DNA from: Octopus bimaculoides
Taxonomy: Eukaryota
DNA: 63,899 bases
NCBI RefSeq assembly: GCF_001194135.2
Contig: NC_068989.1
Span: forward strand, 28,973,515 to 29,037,413
Direction of reading: 5' to 3'
A program made the position numbers and the translations under genes. Below the pieces are notes generated by a model that saw only the letters and a program-made list of their open reading frames with translations, was not told the origin of the DNA and did not search any database. Shown piece after piece: positions 13,662-26,720 of the stretch; the stretch's first letter is position 1, and each line of letters opens with the position of its first letter.

Positions 13662-14345
13662 ATCATCATCATCATCGTTTAACGTCCGCTTTCCATGTTA
13701 GCATGGGTTGGACAATTTGACTGAAGACTGGTGAGCCAGATGGCTACACCAGGCTCCAATCTAATTTGGCAGAGTTTCTACGGCTGGATGCCCTTCCTAA
13801 CGCCAACCACTCCGAGAGTGTAGTGGGTGCTTTTACGTGCCACCAGCACAAGTACCGGGAAGGCCACACTGGTAATGATCACGCTCAAATGGTGCTATTT
13901 ATGTGCCACTGGCACGGAAGCCAGACAACTGCTCTGGCAACAATCACACTCAGACAGTGCTCTTGGCGCTCCACTGGTAGTGCCATCACGATTTCGCATT
14001 CACTTGCCCCAACAGGTTTTCGCAAGCCGAGTTCAATGTCCAATGAAGGAGACGGCATGGGTGCCAGTCGTCGAAGTTAGTTCGATTTTGATTTCACTTG
14101 CCTCAACAGGTCTTTGCAAGTGGAGTTTAGTGTCCAATGAAGGAAAGGTACACATAAGTGGGCTGGGTACACCCCTGGCAGAGGCCTTGGATTATGATCT
14201 CACCTGGCTTGCCAGATCTTACGCACAGCATATTTCCAAAGGTCTCGGTCAGAAGTCATTGCCTCGGTGATGCCTAATGTTCGAAGGTCGTGCTTTACAA
14301 CCTCATCCCAGGTCTTCCTGGGTCTACCTCTTCCACAGGTTCCTT
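13662..14345 (-). mobile_element. 3' end of RTE LINE with (GAT)n tail
   Basis: On -, GRPRKTWDEVV-like ORF end, then 3' UTR aggaagggcatccagc...catggaaagcggacgttaaacgatgatgatg; same tail at 24000-24160, 46586-46782, 47870-48015, 61630-61830. Confidence 0.8.
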
Positions 14346-14513
14346 CTCATTATTTGGATTATATTTTACTCATTGCTAAATCCATACAACAGTTTTACTG
14401 TCATGTACCAAGATGTTCTACACTTGAAGAATTAGTCTGAAATCTGACAGCATTGATAGCCCATTGATAGCTTCATTGGAAATACACTGTCTTTATGCCC
14501 TGCCAGGACCGAC

Positions 14514-14550
<37 letters not shown>

Positions 14551-15399
14551 CTATGGTAGGCACAGAAACAGAAGATGATATGGAAACTAAAAGATCTTGT
14601 AGTTCCCAATTCCAGGATCTTTTATTTTAGGTTTAGAGAAACCATAAATGATGCATGTGAACTGTTCAGAGAATTAGATACTCCTAGCAGAGATGAAAAC
14701 TGAGAATTTCTACAAAATAATTTTGTTAAAGCTATACAACAGATGCGAAGCTGAGCAAAATAACATGGTGGTGGAATGATATGGTTGATTGGGCAGTAAA
14801 GGATAAGTGACAGGCTTGGAAAATCTGGGGAAGGTAGTAAGTAGTAGGGAGAGTATGTCCAAATGGCTAAAAGGGCATCTAGGTGACAGGCATACTAGGC
14901 AAAAGGTGAGGTGGAAAGGAAGAAATTCACACATGTACTGCAGCACAAGGTTCAGATCATGAAATGTTCAAGTTTCAAAGACAATGTATAAAACAGAACA
15001 GAGATGTCATTGGTGAGAAGTGTATGCCGAATGATGCATACTTGCTGTCAATATAGAAAAGAAGGCAGTGTGGAAGTGCTATTATGAGAAGCTGATGAAT
15101 ATACAGAATGCATAGGATAAATGGGCTAGCTCATGCTGACCCTACAGCAGGACTGGTAATTCAAGTTGGTAACAGCATAGTAGATAAAGCAAGATGAACC
15201 CAACAAGGATAGTTGCAAAAATGCTCGAAGTATCTGGTGATGAAGGTAGAGGGGGGTGGGATGTTATTTTAATGTCTTTGAGTGTCTTTTTGGAGAACCC
15301 CACTGAAAAGTTATGGTTAGGATCACACAAAAAATGATATAAACTTTTTCAGCAACCCCTCTATAACGATGGTGAAGTGTATGCAGGTTGAATATTATT

Positions 15400-18200
15400 T
15401 TCGTATACAAGGTCTCCCCAGCCAACACCTTCCACATCCCTAGAGTTGGCTCATTGGAAGGTAGGTCTGGTGAGATTGTTGAGATGCAGATTTGTGTTGC
15501 ATCCAAGAAGTAAGGTGAAGAAGAAGGTCTGCTAGGTTTCTCACAAACAAAGAACATAGGTATAAGATTTTCTGGGCAGGGAACACTGACGGGATCGGGG
15601 GCATGGGTATATTTCTTGCAGAGAAATGGTTTGATAAGGTATTTGAGGTAGTCAAAGTCTGTGATAAAATACTTAAGCTTAGACTAGTGCTGCAACCATT
15701 ATCTCAGCCAGGGCTACCTGATGAACAGAAAGACCGATTTTATAGCACACTTGCAGACTACCTTGTCGATGAATGACAGGGACCTTCTCTTTGTGGCTGG
15801 TGACTTCAATGAGCATGTTGGACAACATCCAGGGAGCTTCCATGGTGTAAATAGTGGCAATGGTTTTGGTTCCCGCAATGAGGATTGACCAGTCTGCTGG
15901 AGTTCTGGGTAGGGAACACTGATCTGTAATACTAACTTCAGGAAACCTGCCACTCACCTGTTCACCTACCAGTCTGGTGAGCACACTAGTCAGATTGACT
16001 ATATTCTCATCAGGAAATAAGAAAGATGGCTACTTATAAATGCCCAAACTTTCCCAAGTGAAGAATGCACCCCACAACATAGGTTAGTAGTTAGTGACTT
16101 CAGGATCAGGGCTAAATGGCTGCCCAGAAGATGACCAGTGTGGAAAAGAAGGGCCTGCAAGCTTAAGGATCCTCTGAATGGACAGAGATTTAGAGAAATT
16201 ATGTCAAGATTCTAATGAAAAAGTGGCGGATATAGCATCACATAATGTGGAGGACAACTGGAGGTTCCTACAGGACGACCTGTTGAGGGCTACTGACCAT
16301 ATCTGTGGCCGGTGCAAAGCCCCCTCTTGACCTAAGGTGACATGGTAGTGGAACAATGTAGTTGACAGGGCCATTAAGGAAAAGAAACAGGCATGGAAGG
16401 ACTGGAAGTGTGGTGGTAGCAAGAAACTGTATCAGATTGCCAGAAGGGAAGCTAGGAGAGAGGTTTACTTAGCCAGAGAAGAAGCAGATAAGAAAAAATT
16501 TGCCAACGTTCTGCGTCATGAGGGCCAGAGACTTGAAATGTTCCAAATTGCAAGACAGTGTGTGAGAAAAAATTGCGATGTCATAGGAAAGAAATATATC
16601 CGCATGGATGATGGGTCACTTGCATTTAATGGTGCTGCAAAGAGAGAGTCTTGGAGATGCTATTATGAAAGTTTGCTAAATAAAGAGAATGAATGGGAGA
16701 CAGTGTCAAATGTTGACCCAACAAAGGGACCAGCAATCGAAATCAACAGTACCTTAGTAGATAAAGCAATTAAGGGTATGAAGACAGGTAAGACCCCAGC
16801 CCATCAAGAATCACCGCTGAGATGCTTAAAATATCTGGTGGTGTAGGGTAGTCACCTGTATAGTTAACTAGGCAATACATGGAGTCAAACCCAATGATGG
16901 GTGTAGCAGCACCATAGTCAACTGCTACAAAGGTAAAGGTGAGCTTTTAGATAGAAATAATTACAGAGGTTTCAAATTGTTGGATCACGTAATGAAAGTA
17001 ATAGCCCAACTAATTAGGTAGAGAATTAGTTAAGATGATATGCAGTTTGGGTTTGTGTCAGGGAGAAGCACCACTGACGCTATATTTCTGATAAAACAGC
17101 TGCAGGAGAAATCCCTAGCCAAAGATAAACCTCTGTGCTTGGCTTTTGTTGACAGGGTACCTTGATCCCTTATCTGGTGGTCAATGTGGAAACTAGGAAT
17201 AGAGGTGTAGTTTGTGAAAGCTGTACAGCGATGCTATCAGTAAGGTGAGGATTGGCAACAACTATAGCAAAGAATTCCAGGTAGGAGCTCATTGCACTCT
17301 TGTTCATCATAGTCCTCCAGGCAATAACAGAGGAATTCAAGACAGGCTGCTCTTGAAAGCTCCTCTATGCTGATGATCTTGCTCTAATTGCTGAGTCACA
17401 ACCAGAACTAGAGAAGAAATTTCAGGTGTGGAAGCGAAGTCTAAAATCGAAGGGCCTCAGAGTTAACCTAGCTAAAACCAAAGTCTTAGTAAGTAGGAAG
17501 GCAGACAAATCACAGATCCTTTCAGGTAGATGACCCTGTTTGATCTGTAGAAACTCCATAAGATGTACCCAGTATAAGCTATGGACACATAAGAGGTGCA
17601 GCAATATCAAAGGAAGGTTAACTTGGAAGATAGTTTTTGTGTGTGGAAGATGCACAGGTGCAATAAACACTGAAAATGTACAGAAAACGGATTCCATCAC
17701 ATGCTTGGGGGAAAACTAGAAATAGTTGATAGTTTCCGTTACCTAGGTGGCCAAATCAGTTTTGAAGATGGATGCTGCTAGAATAAGAATAGCCTGGGCA
17801 AAGTTCTGAGAGAAAGGTAGACTGTATGATGCCTGTGTGCAAACAGCCGTATTACATAGCAGTGAAACATGGGCTGTGACTGCTGAGGACATGCTTGAAA
17901 GAAATGAAGTTAGTATGCTCCGCTGGATGAGTAATGTCAGTGTGCATACACGACAGAGTGTAAGCACCCTGAGAGAAAAGAGAAGCATCAGATGTGCTGT
18001 GCAGGAGAGATGATTGTGCTGGTATGGTCATGTGATGTGTATGGATGAGGACAGCTGTGTGAAGAAGTGTCACACCCTAAAAGTAGAGGGAACCCGTGGA
18101 AGAGATGGGATGAGGTGGTGAAGCATGACCTTCAAACGCTGGGCCTCAGGGATGCAATGACAAGCAGCCGAGACCTTTGGAGATATGCTGTGCAAGAGAA
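15400..18200 (+). mobile_element. Decayed RTE-clade LINE (AP endonuclease + RT)
   Basis: APE motifs (FVAGDFNEHVG; YQSGEHTSQIDYILIR), RT motif LLYADDLALIAESQPELEKKFQVWKRSLKSKGLRVNLAKTKVL, RTE-type C-terminus; many stops and frameshifts. An older fragment lies at ~14950-15260. Confidence 0.9.
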
Positions 18201-19042
18201 GATCCAGCAAGCCAAGTGAAATCATGGTCGTGGCCAATGCTAGTGTTGCATAACTAGCTCATTTAAAAGCACCCTTCAATCGTTGGGTGATATGCCATGC
18301 TTGTGTAGATATGTTGAACCGAGTAAAATTGTAGTCGTGGCAGATGCCAGTACTGCCTGACTGGCATCCATGCTAGTGGCTTGTAAAAAGCACCATTTGA
18401 GTGTGGCTAATGCCAGTACAGCTTGACTGGCAACCATCTTTGTCAAAAAAAGCTTTTAAATGTCTCTGAATTAAGAAAAACTTAACAAAACTTAAAAATA
18501 TAAAGCAGATGAGATGAGCACATTTTGGTGGGTTGACGTCATCACTATTGGTCTATGGGTATTCTTAGAATTCACTCTACTTCTAATATTTGCACCAAGT
18601 GCTCTCTTGATAACATGATGTGCTGTATCCTGCTGCAGCACAATGCAACATTGTGGTTCCTTTCTCTCCAGTGATGTGAATTTCTACTAAAGAGATCAAA
18701 TGTTTACTGTAGCTCTCTTAATTAAGTCTGTTACCCAAGATAATTTTGATATTTACAGATGGAATACTGTTATATACTTTATGATTAGGAACATGAATTT
18801 ACAATTTGACTGATTCAACTTCAACACTTGTTTGGTACATCATTGGTTCACAACTAGGTGGGGGAACTCAATAAAAAGGAGAAATCATGAAGCATATAAC
18901 AAAGTTTTGTAGCTAAATGTCAACAGATATTTATCTCATAGAATAACGGGATGTTAATGGAAAGGTGACAGGGCTTCTAAAAAGGTAGACTATAGAGAAG
19001 TCAAGAAGAAATATTCTGAAATTAGCTAATCTAACTAATTAC

Positions 19043-19119
19043 CTTGTTAAATGTCGACTATCTTCATGGACTTCCATTTCTTTACTTTTGTATTCATTTA
19101 ATTCCTTTCGGATGGCAGC
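19043..19119 (-). CDS. PHACTR: PHACTR exon, PP1-binding C-terminal helix
   Basis: tttcag|[25 protein letters not shown](R)|gtaatt, 77 nt; close to vertebrate [26 protein letters not shown]. Confidence 0.95.
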
Positions 19120-19976
19120 CTGAAAACAAACAAACCAAGTACTGTCACTAAAAAAGAAGTATCTTGTGCATGGATTTCATACAAGAATTCATACAAATGA
19201 TATAAACACTAATTTGTGATAGGAAAAGAACAATTGGCTCTCAAAAGAGTAAAACTCACATATCTATTGTTTCCAAAGGCAACTGTTTTCTTGCTCTTTG
19301 TCAAATTAGGTTTAATTTTTTATAATTCATTAGTTACCCAATATCCAAGCAGATTATTTAAGAACAGTCTAACATAGTGACGTATCACAGTTTTTTTTTA
19401 CATGATGAAATAGTGGTTTCTCTAGTTACTTTGATGAATGAAAGTTCAGAAAGACACAACTGAGGTACAAAATCTACATTTGCTACAGGTCTGTAGAAAA
19501 CAATCATCACCCTTTGGCTACCTGGCTGCAGGGTCAGAGCTGAAGACTTCCAGTAGCATCCTCTACCTGTCTCTATCACCTCTTTCCCTATTGCCATTAA
19601 CAGAAAAATTTGTACAAGTGTGTAAGGTTTGTACAAAGCCAATCCCATTCTCTTGTCCTTCAAACTTGTACAGGTCAGGTTCAACAGTGTCATGTGGCCA
19701 GAAGTTACCAAGATGCAGGATTTGTATAGAGTTATCTTGTCTTAGATAAGCAACAAAAAGTGCTAGAGAGCATCATCTGCCCTAGGTCTGGTGAGTGACC
19801 TTTAGAAGGCAATTCTATGACATGTTAATTAACCTATAGTTGGGACCCTCAGAGGGTCAGAGAGAACTGGAAACAATAGTGGTTAAGAAGTGGTCTTACA
19901 CTCCCCAAAACCCTGAAGATACTAAAAGAGGGCCCAACTACCAGATTCAGTTTGAAGTCATGCATACATATATATA

Positions 19977-20356
19977 GGTGCAAGCATGGCTGTGTGGTAA
20001 GAAGTTTGCTTCCCAACCTCATGGCTTCATGTTCAGTTCTGCTGCATGGCACCTTGAGTAAATGTTTTTTACTATAGCTCTGGACTGACCAATGCCTTGT
20101 CAATAGATTTGCTTCATGGAAAATGAAAGAAGCTTGTCTCACACACACGCATGAATGTGTACGTGTGTTTGTTACTGTTTCCTTGTCGTGATAATTGTAA
20201 ACAAGTGTCAGTCATTCAATTCTGATCTTCCATGAAAACAAGTGAGAGTTGGTGAGAGGAAGGGCATTTGCCTGTAGAAAAATATGCTTCAACAAATTCT
20301 GTCTGACCCATGTGATCATGGAAAAGTAGATATTAAAACAATGATGATGATGATGT
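19977..20356 (+). mobile_element. tRNA-derived SINE with RTE-like (GAT)n tail
   Basis: Head matches 33945; 3' part aggaagggcatttgcctgtagaaa...catggaaaagtagatattaaaacaatgatgatg matches the RTE 3' tail. Confidence 0.7.
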
Positions 20357-20523
20357 GTATATATATATATATATATATATGTATATTTTAAATTTCTTAA
20401 TAAAATGTAGCCACTACAAAAATGAATGTTGTTGATGTTAGTATATTGCTACAATCAGCACAAAAGACTGGTAATATTTAGGACAACTTGCTGTTATTAG
20501 TTGAAAAACTAGCATTACTTTAC

Positions 20524-20661
20524 CTTATCCTTCGGGGTCAACCGGGTCCAAGGTTTGTCAGCCCGCCGGTCATAATCTTGAGCTTCAGTCACCTCCACAT
20601 AATCATTAAATTTTATAATTTTTCTCTCCTTTAATTCATCTATACTAGGTCGGAAACTTAG
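20524..20661 (-). CDS. PHACTR: PHACTR exon, third C-terminal RPEL repeat and RVxF-type PP1 site
   Basis: ttccag|[46 protein letters not shown]|gtaaag, 138 nt phase 0-0. Confidence 0.96.
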
Positions 20662-21654
20662 CTGGAATAAAGAATGTGCAAAATGTGAAATATCTACAGA
20701 CAGCTCATTTATAATAAGCCTGATATGTTGCGTACCATTACATACAACAACCCTTTAACATATCAGTCATAAAGTAAGAAACTAATATTCTCAAGTTAAA
20801 TTGCAGTGATTAAATTTCCCAACAGAAATTTGTTTAATAGAGGTTTACAATTTCATTGAAGAATATCAATGTGCATATCTGTATTAACATGTATAAAGAG
20901 TAAATTGGATTAATTAAATTGTATCTTGTTAATTCCAGACTACCTATCATATTCCTTCTCATTTCCATTTCAACATCAAGAAAATTTCTCTTTCATTCAC
21001 ATGAATGAAATATTTTTGAACAATCCCCATTTATCCAAAATTATGTTTTATATTGGTTCACTATATATGTAGTGCTGTGTCTTTATATTATGATTCTAAG
21101 AAGTCAGTCTCACAGAACCATGTTCATCTTGTCCTCTGCATTTGTCTAAAACTTTGTCACTTCTTTCCTCTTGTTCTTTCAACCATAGCATCACCATAGC
21201 TGTCCATGTCGATAAAGAACTGCCTTGTTATAAAGTGTTGAAAAGACTGAATAAATGTGTTGTAGGAACAAAGGGTAAGAAATGACAAAGTTTTAGATAA
21301 ATGCAGAGAACAAGGCGAACATGGTTCTGTGAGAATGACTGGTTGGAATCACAGTATAGACAAAGCACTACACATATAGTGAACCAATATAAAACATAAT
21401 TTTGGACAAATGTGGTGAGTGGTGGTGGAGAAAGAATCTTTCTGAGGATTGTTCAAAAATATTTCATTCATGTGAATGAAATAGAAATTTTCTTGAGGTT
21501 TAAATGGAAATAAGAAGGGACATGACACACATGCAATCAAAAGATGGGGGGGGGGCATACAAAATGAGAGAGGGGGGAGAGGGAGAGGGAGAGAGAGGGA
21601 GAGGGAGAGAGAGAGAGAGAGCGAGGGGGAGAGAGAGAGAGAGAGAGAACTTAC

Positions 21655-21716
21655 CTTCCGAATGAGGTATCGTTTCTTTTCTTCCTTTTCTTGTTTAGCT
21701 TCTTCTGCTGATTTAT
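21655..21716 (-). CDS. PHACTR: PHACTR exon, RPEL linker
   Basis: ttaaag|(N)KSAEEAKQEKEEKKRYLIRK|gtaagt, 62 nt phase 1-0; fits both neighbours. Confidence 0.92.
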
Positions 21717-23487
21717 CTTTAAGAGATAGAAAAAAAAAAAGAGGATAAAGATAGGATATAGTAGTCTACAACTGACTGTAGGCCATAGTAGTTTACCACT
21801 GAATGCCCATAACTGGACATATCTCTTCATTCCTGAATGTACCACTGCTGCACTACCCATGACTGCTCTGTTAGCTTTAAATTCATTTTGCCAGCTGAGT
21901 AAACTGGAGCAACATGAAATAAAGTGTTACCTAATGACACAATGTACCTCTCAAACTAGGAATCAAAACCACAATGTTATGAAGAAGAATCTAAACATCT
22001 AACCACTAGGCCAAGTACTGTTTCAAATATAAAGACACACAAAGAATAGACAAAAGTCAAATGTTGATATGAAGAAGTGAGTCAGTGAGTAAAACCTGAT
22101 TGTAGTAGAGGGCATGCAGTTTAAGTAGTAAGACAACGTAAGTCCACAGAAGTTGAATTTATTTTCTCATTATGGCATTGGAAATGATGGGAGGAAGTTT
22201 TATGAGAAAAAATTTTGGAAGATTTGTGATTTTATTTCACCCTCCCCCCATCCTCCAGACTGATTTAGGCCTATTTCTTTTTTGGCACTAGGTACTTAAA
22301 AAGCAATGGGTGAAGCCTTTAGAGTAGGAAAAAAAATTATGAAAATATTTTGAGACAAAAAAGTATGTAATTTAAGGGAGATTTAGCTGCTGTTTCCAGT
22401 TCATTACAAGGTCTTCAAGGGATGTGCTAGAAACAGCAGCTAAATCTCCCTTAAATCACATACCTTTTCATCTCAATTCAAATTTGTTTTTTCCTACCAT
22501 AAAGGCTTCTCCCATTGTTTTTTAAGTGCCTATTGCCCTCAAAATTGGCCTAAATCAGTTTGGGGTAGAGAAGATGGGTAAAAAACTATTTGCAAGGCTC
22601 CGGTGAAAAAAAAAGGGAAAAATTTCCATCAAAATGGAGGAAATCCAACATATGTGGTGTTCTGATTCAAAACTCAGCCCTACAAATGAAATTACAGCTA
22701 TTGCAAGCATTTCAGACATGGTTATATTGTGATGCATTATCTGTAAGGGGCTCCATTTTGTTACACTGGTATAGGGTATAAAACTGAATCTTCTCTAAAT
22801 TTAGAGCTTTACAATAAATTTAATAATATCCTTGGAGAGCTCTGTGGAAGGGGTGGCACACAGTTTGACTATGCAGAAACTCATTTTTTGGTACATCATG
22901 ACAACATACCTATTTTCCTTGGAAAATCATATATCACTTGAAAGTTCTGGATGTGAACTTTGTTCTCATGTAGTTTTATCAAAATCTGACACTTACCTAA
23001 GATGTCAGGGTGCTTCAAACACCCTGGTATTTCCACCCATTCACAAAGTTCATCTGGAATTTTTTTCTTTTTTTGATTGCTGAATGGTAGCCCTAGATCT
23101 AGTTCAATGTTCTTGAGTGCTATAACTCAAGTTATGTTAATAATCATACAAGCAGGTAGAGGAACTTTTTTAGATTTATTTTGATATAAATCTCGATAGT
23201 GGTAGGTCAGTTAAATTTTTGTGATAAGTTGTTAATAATAGAAGACGTATTAGCTTCTATAATACAGTTGCAAAAACTGTCCGATTTTACCTTTTTTAAA
23301 ATTGAATGAATGGTTGGAGTTGTTTGACTTATGGGACCTCCCCATAAGTCAAAAAAATTAATGGCTGTCCTACAAGTGAAAATAACTCAGCAGCTGAATT
23401 GAAGAAAACATTAAAAAAAATTGTTTCCTGAAGTGCTGTCAGATAAATTAGGTCTCTGTTCTAAGACTGAGGCCTGTTTTCAAATAA

Positions 23488-24160
23488 AGTGTGTAGTGGG
23501 GGTGGATGCTCAGAGAATGCTACCACTAGAATAAGAATAGCCTGGGCAAAGTTCAGAAAGCTTCTAACCCTACTGGTGACAGGGAGACGTTTGTGTTGGT
23601 ATGGTTATGTACTACAGATGGATGAGGAGAGCTGTGTGAAGAAGTGCCACTCCCAAACAGTTCAAAGAATCTGGGATGGAAGGAGACCTGGAAGACATGG
23701 GATGAGGTGGTGAAGCATGACCTTCAAATGTTGGGCCTCACAGAGGCAATGCCGAAAGACCGAGACCTCTGGAGATATGCTGTGAGTGAGAAGACCTGGC
23801 AATTAAAGTGAGATCATAGCCGTAACCTACACCAGTGTCGCATAACCAGGCCACTCAAAAGTACCTTAGATTGTAGGGTGACATGCTGTGCTTGAGGAGA
23901 CCTATCGAGTCAAATACATCAAAATCAAATGGAAATTGTAGTTGCAATCCCCGTGTCGGTGGCATGTAAAAAGCACCATCCGAACGTGGCCAATGCCAGC
24001 GCCACCTTGACTGGCTTCCATGCCGGTGGCACGTAAAAAGCACCAACTGATTGTAGTCGTTGCCAGCCTCCTCTGGCCCCTGTGCCGGTGGCATGTAAAA
24101 AGCACCCACTACACTCTCGGAGTGGTTGGTGTTAGGAAGGGCATCCAGCTGTAGAAACAC
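23488..24160 (+). mobile_element. RTE LINE 3' fragment
   Basis: RIRIAWAKFRKL and RRLCWYGYVLQMDEESCVKKC, followed by the shared 3' UTR. Confidence 0.8.
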
Positions 24161-25002
24161 TGCCTGACTAGACTGGCGCCTAGTGTTGATAGTTTTACCA
24201 AGTGGCCAGAAGTATACAGAAGTATGCAAGAACAGACTTGACCGAACAACTATAAGTTGTAGCAGCCTGAGTGAGAGATGGAGAGAGTAGGCATTAATCA
24301 CAGAAAATTGTAAGGTGTCTTGGTTCGTGAATAGTTCGTGGAGAGTTTATTGGATTGTTACGTTGTTGTTACCCTGCTTTGTTATATGTTTATTGTTACT
24401 ACATGGTTATAGTGAAAAAAAGTATCATTATAACAATTGGTGAAACAATAAATACAATGATTACATGCCAATTTTGGACTCTAGAGGCCCTATTTAACTC
24501 AATTTAGTGCAAATTCTTGTAGAAATATGTTTACTTAGCAATTAATTTTTCTGATGATATAAAATCTTTTATATTTTGTGATGATTATCTGACTGACCCC
24601 CATTGAGTTTCATATCAAAGTAAAGCTAAAACATTCACCTACATGCATATATGATTTTTAACACATCTCAAGTTATGGCACTCAAATGCACTGAATTAGA
24701 ATGAGGACTACTGTTCAGCAGGCAAAAAAAAAAAAAAAAAAAAAAGAAACATGGCACCACTTTGAAAATGCATGAAAATTCCAGGGTGTTGTTTAAGGGA
24801 TCCTGACCTGATATGTAGCAGTCAGATTTTAATTAAAACTATATGGAAAGAAAGCTCAAAACCAAAGCTTTCAAATGATAAATAATTTTCCATGGAAAAA
24901 CCTTTTGACATGGAAATGAAAGAGCAAAAAAATGTGTTTCTTTTGTGTTCAAACAGTGTTTGTCTCCATTATAGAGCCCAAAAATGCTCTATTGTTTAAT
25001 CT

Positions 25003-25212
25003 TTTCTACTCTAGGTACAAGGCCTGAAATTTGGGGGGAGGGGACCAGTTGATCAGATCGACCCCAGTATGCAACTCTACTTAATTTATTGACCCCAAAA
25101 GGATGAAAGGCAAAGTCGACCTTGGCAGAATTTGAACTCAGAATGTAAAGACAGATGAAATACCTCTAAGCATTTTGCCTGGCATGCTAACATTTCTGCC
25201 AGCTCACCACCT
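25003..25212 (-). mobile_element. Second tRNA-derived SINE family (copies also near 43915-44030, 56300-56540, 57700-57885, 57930-58140)
   Basis: On -, ggtgagctggcagaaatgttagc (A box) ... gagttcaaattctgcc (B box) ... gtcgactttgcctttcatcc. Confidence 0.7.
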
Positions 25213-26108
25213 TAAAAATAGATAGAATATTATCTCTTGTCATATTGTAATATTGTCATATTATATCTATTTTATAGATATTATATTTATTTAGATCCCA
25301 TCACATAGCAATAAGCTATGTGATGGGATTTAAATAAATAGAGAGAATACTTAGACAAAATATATCTGCATATAAGAGATGAGAAGATCATTTTCTGTTT
25401 GAAAATATGCAAAAGAGAATATAAACATTTAATAAGTTATATTATCAAATATTGCAAAATATCCACTTTTTATGTGAAGACATGTTTTTGCTAAAGTCTT
25501 CAACCAACATTATATGATCTGATATGAAAGCATGTGGTCTGATGGTTAAAGGTGTTGGGCTTATGAATGTCGGGTTGTGAGTTCAATTCTCAGACTAGGC
25601 AGTAAGTTGTTTTTCTCAATAAGGCAATTCATTTCACATTGTTCCAGTACATTCAGCTGAAAACAAGTACCAGTGGCACTAGGGGTAGCGGGATTTCAAC
25701 CCTGCAACATTTGGGGTAGTGGGAGTAGATTCTTATACTCCAGCCTAAACACCTTGAAAATCTGGAGAAGACCCTATCTGTTGAGGTAAAAACAAATAAT
25801 GCGATAACATGACCAAAGTTTATATTTTGGTCATGTTATCGCATGTTATAGCAATGTTTAATTAATCAAACTGTACAGGAATTAAACCGATCTCATACCA
25901 TACATCGATATGACTGACTAAATATACAGGACTTTTTACAACTTTCAGACATGCTAACAAGAAATACAATCCCAATCAACTTCTAATCAGAAAGATAAAG
26001 GTAATGTTAATGGTGAAACAGTCTAACCAAATCACACAAAATGAAAGATGATATAGAACTTTTACAAACAAGCAAAGGGTATAATGAAGTGTAAAACCAA
26101 GTACTTAC

Positions 26109-26164
26109 TGTGTAAAATATTTCTTTGCTCAAGTTCTTCAGGTGTTGGCCTCAAACTTAAACGT
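26109..26164 (-). CDS. PHACTR: PHACTR exon, second C-terminal RPEL repeat
   Basis: ttgacag|(R)RLSLRPTPEELEQRNILH|gtaagt, 56 nt phase 2-1. Confidence 0.95.
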
Positions 26165-26481
26165 CTGTCAAAACAAACAATTATAGAGTATTTTTTTTAA
26201 AGAGAAACATAAAAATAATCCAATTTTTCTGAAGTACAACAATATCATTTTTATTTTCAAACAAGCTATGGTTTAATGTTACTTGTACTTTCTGATAGGA
26301 AGGATTAAAGATTAAAAAATGACAAAAGTAATGCATCATTGAACAAAATTGACGTAATCACTTGTCAGCTTCTGTTTTAAATTTTAAATGTTCACCAATC
26401 TGTTTGGAAGCCTGTCATATGTGTGTGATTGTAATCTCATGGACCAGAAAGAGCATGTTTAGGAAAACTACACAACTATAG

Positions 26482-26720
26482 GTGCAGGAGTGGCTGTGTG
26501 GTAAGGTTCAGTCCCAATGCATGGCACCTTGGGCAAGTGTCTTCTATTGACAATCGATGCTGGTGTGCTTGCATCGCCGTAACTTAGCGGTTTGGCAAAA
26601 GAGACCAATAGAATAAGTACTAGGCTTACAAAGAATAAGCTCTGGGGTTGATTTGCTCAACTATAAAGGCGGTGCTCCAGCATGGCTGCAATCAAATGAC
26701 TGAAACAAGTAAAAGAGAGT
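26482..26720 (+). mobile_element. SINE of the 33945 family, internally deleted (partial copies also at 3755-3845, 28856-28990, 31853-32010, 49985-50293)
   Basis: Head and tail match 33945-34340; the central part is missing. Confidence 0.75.
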
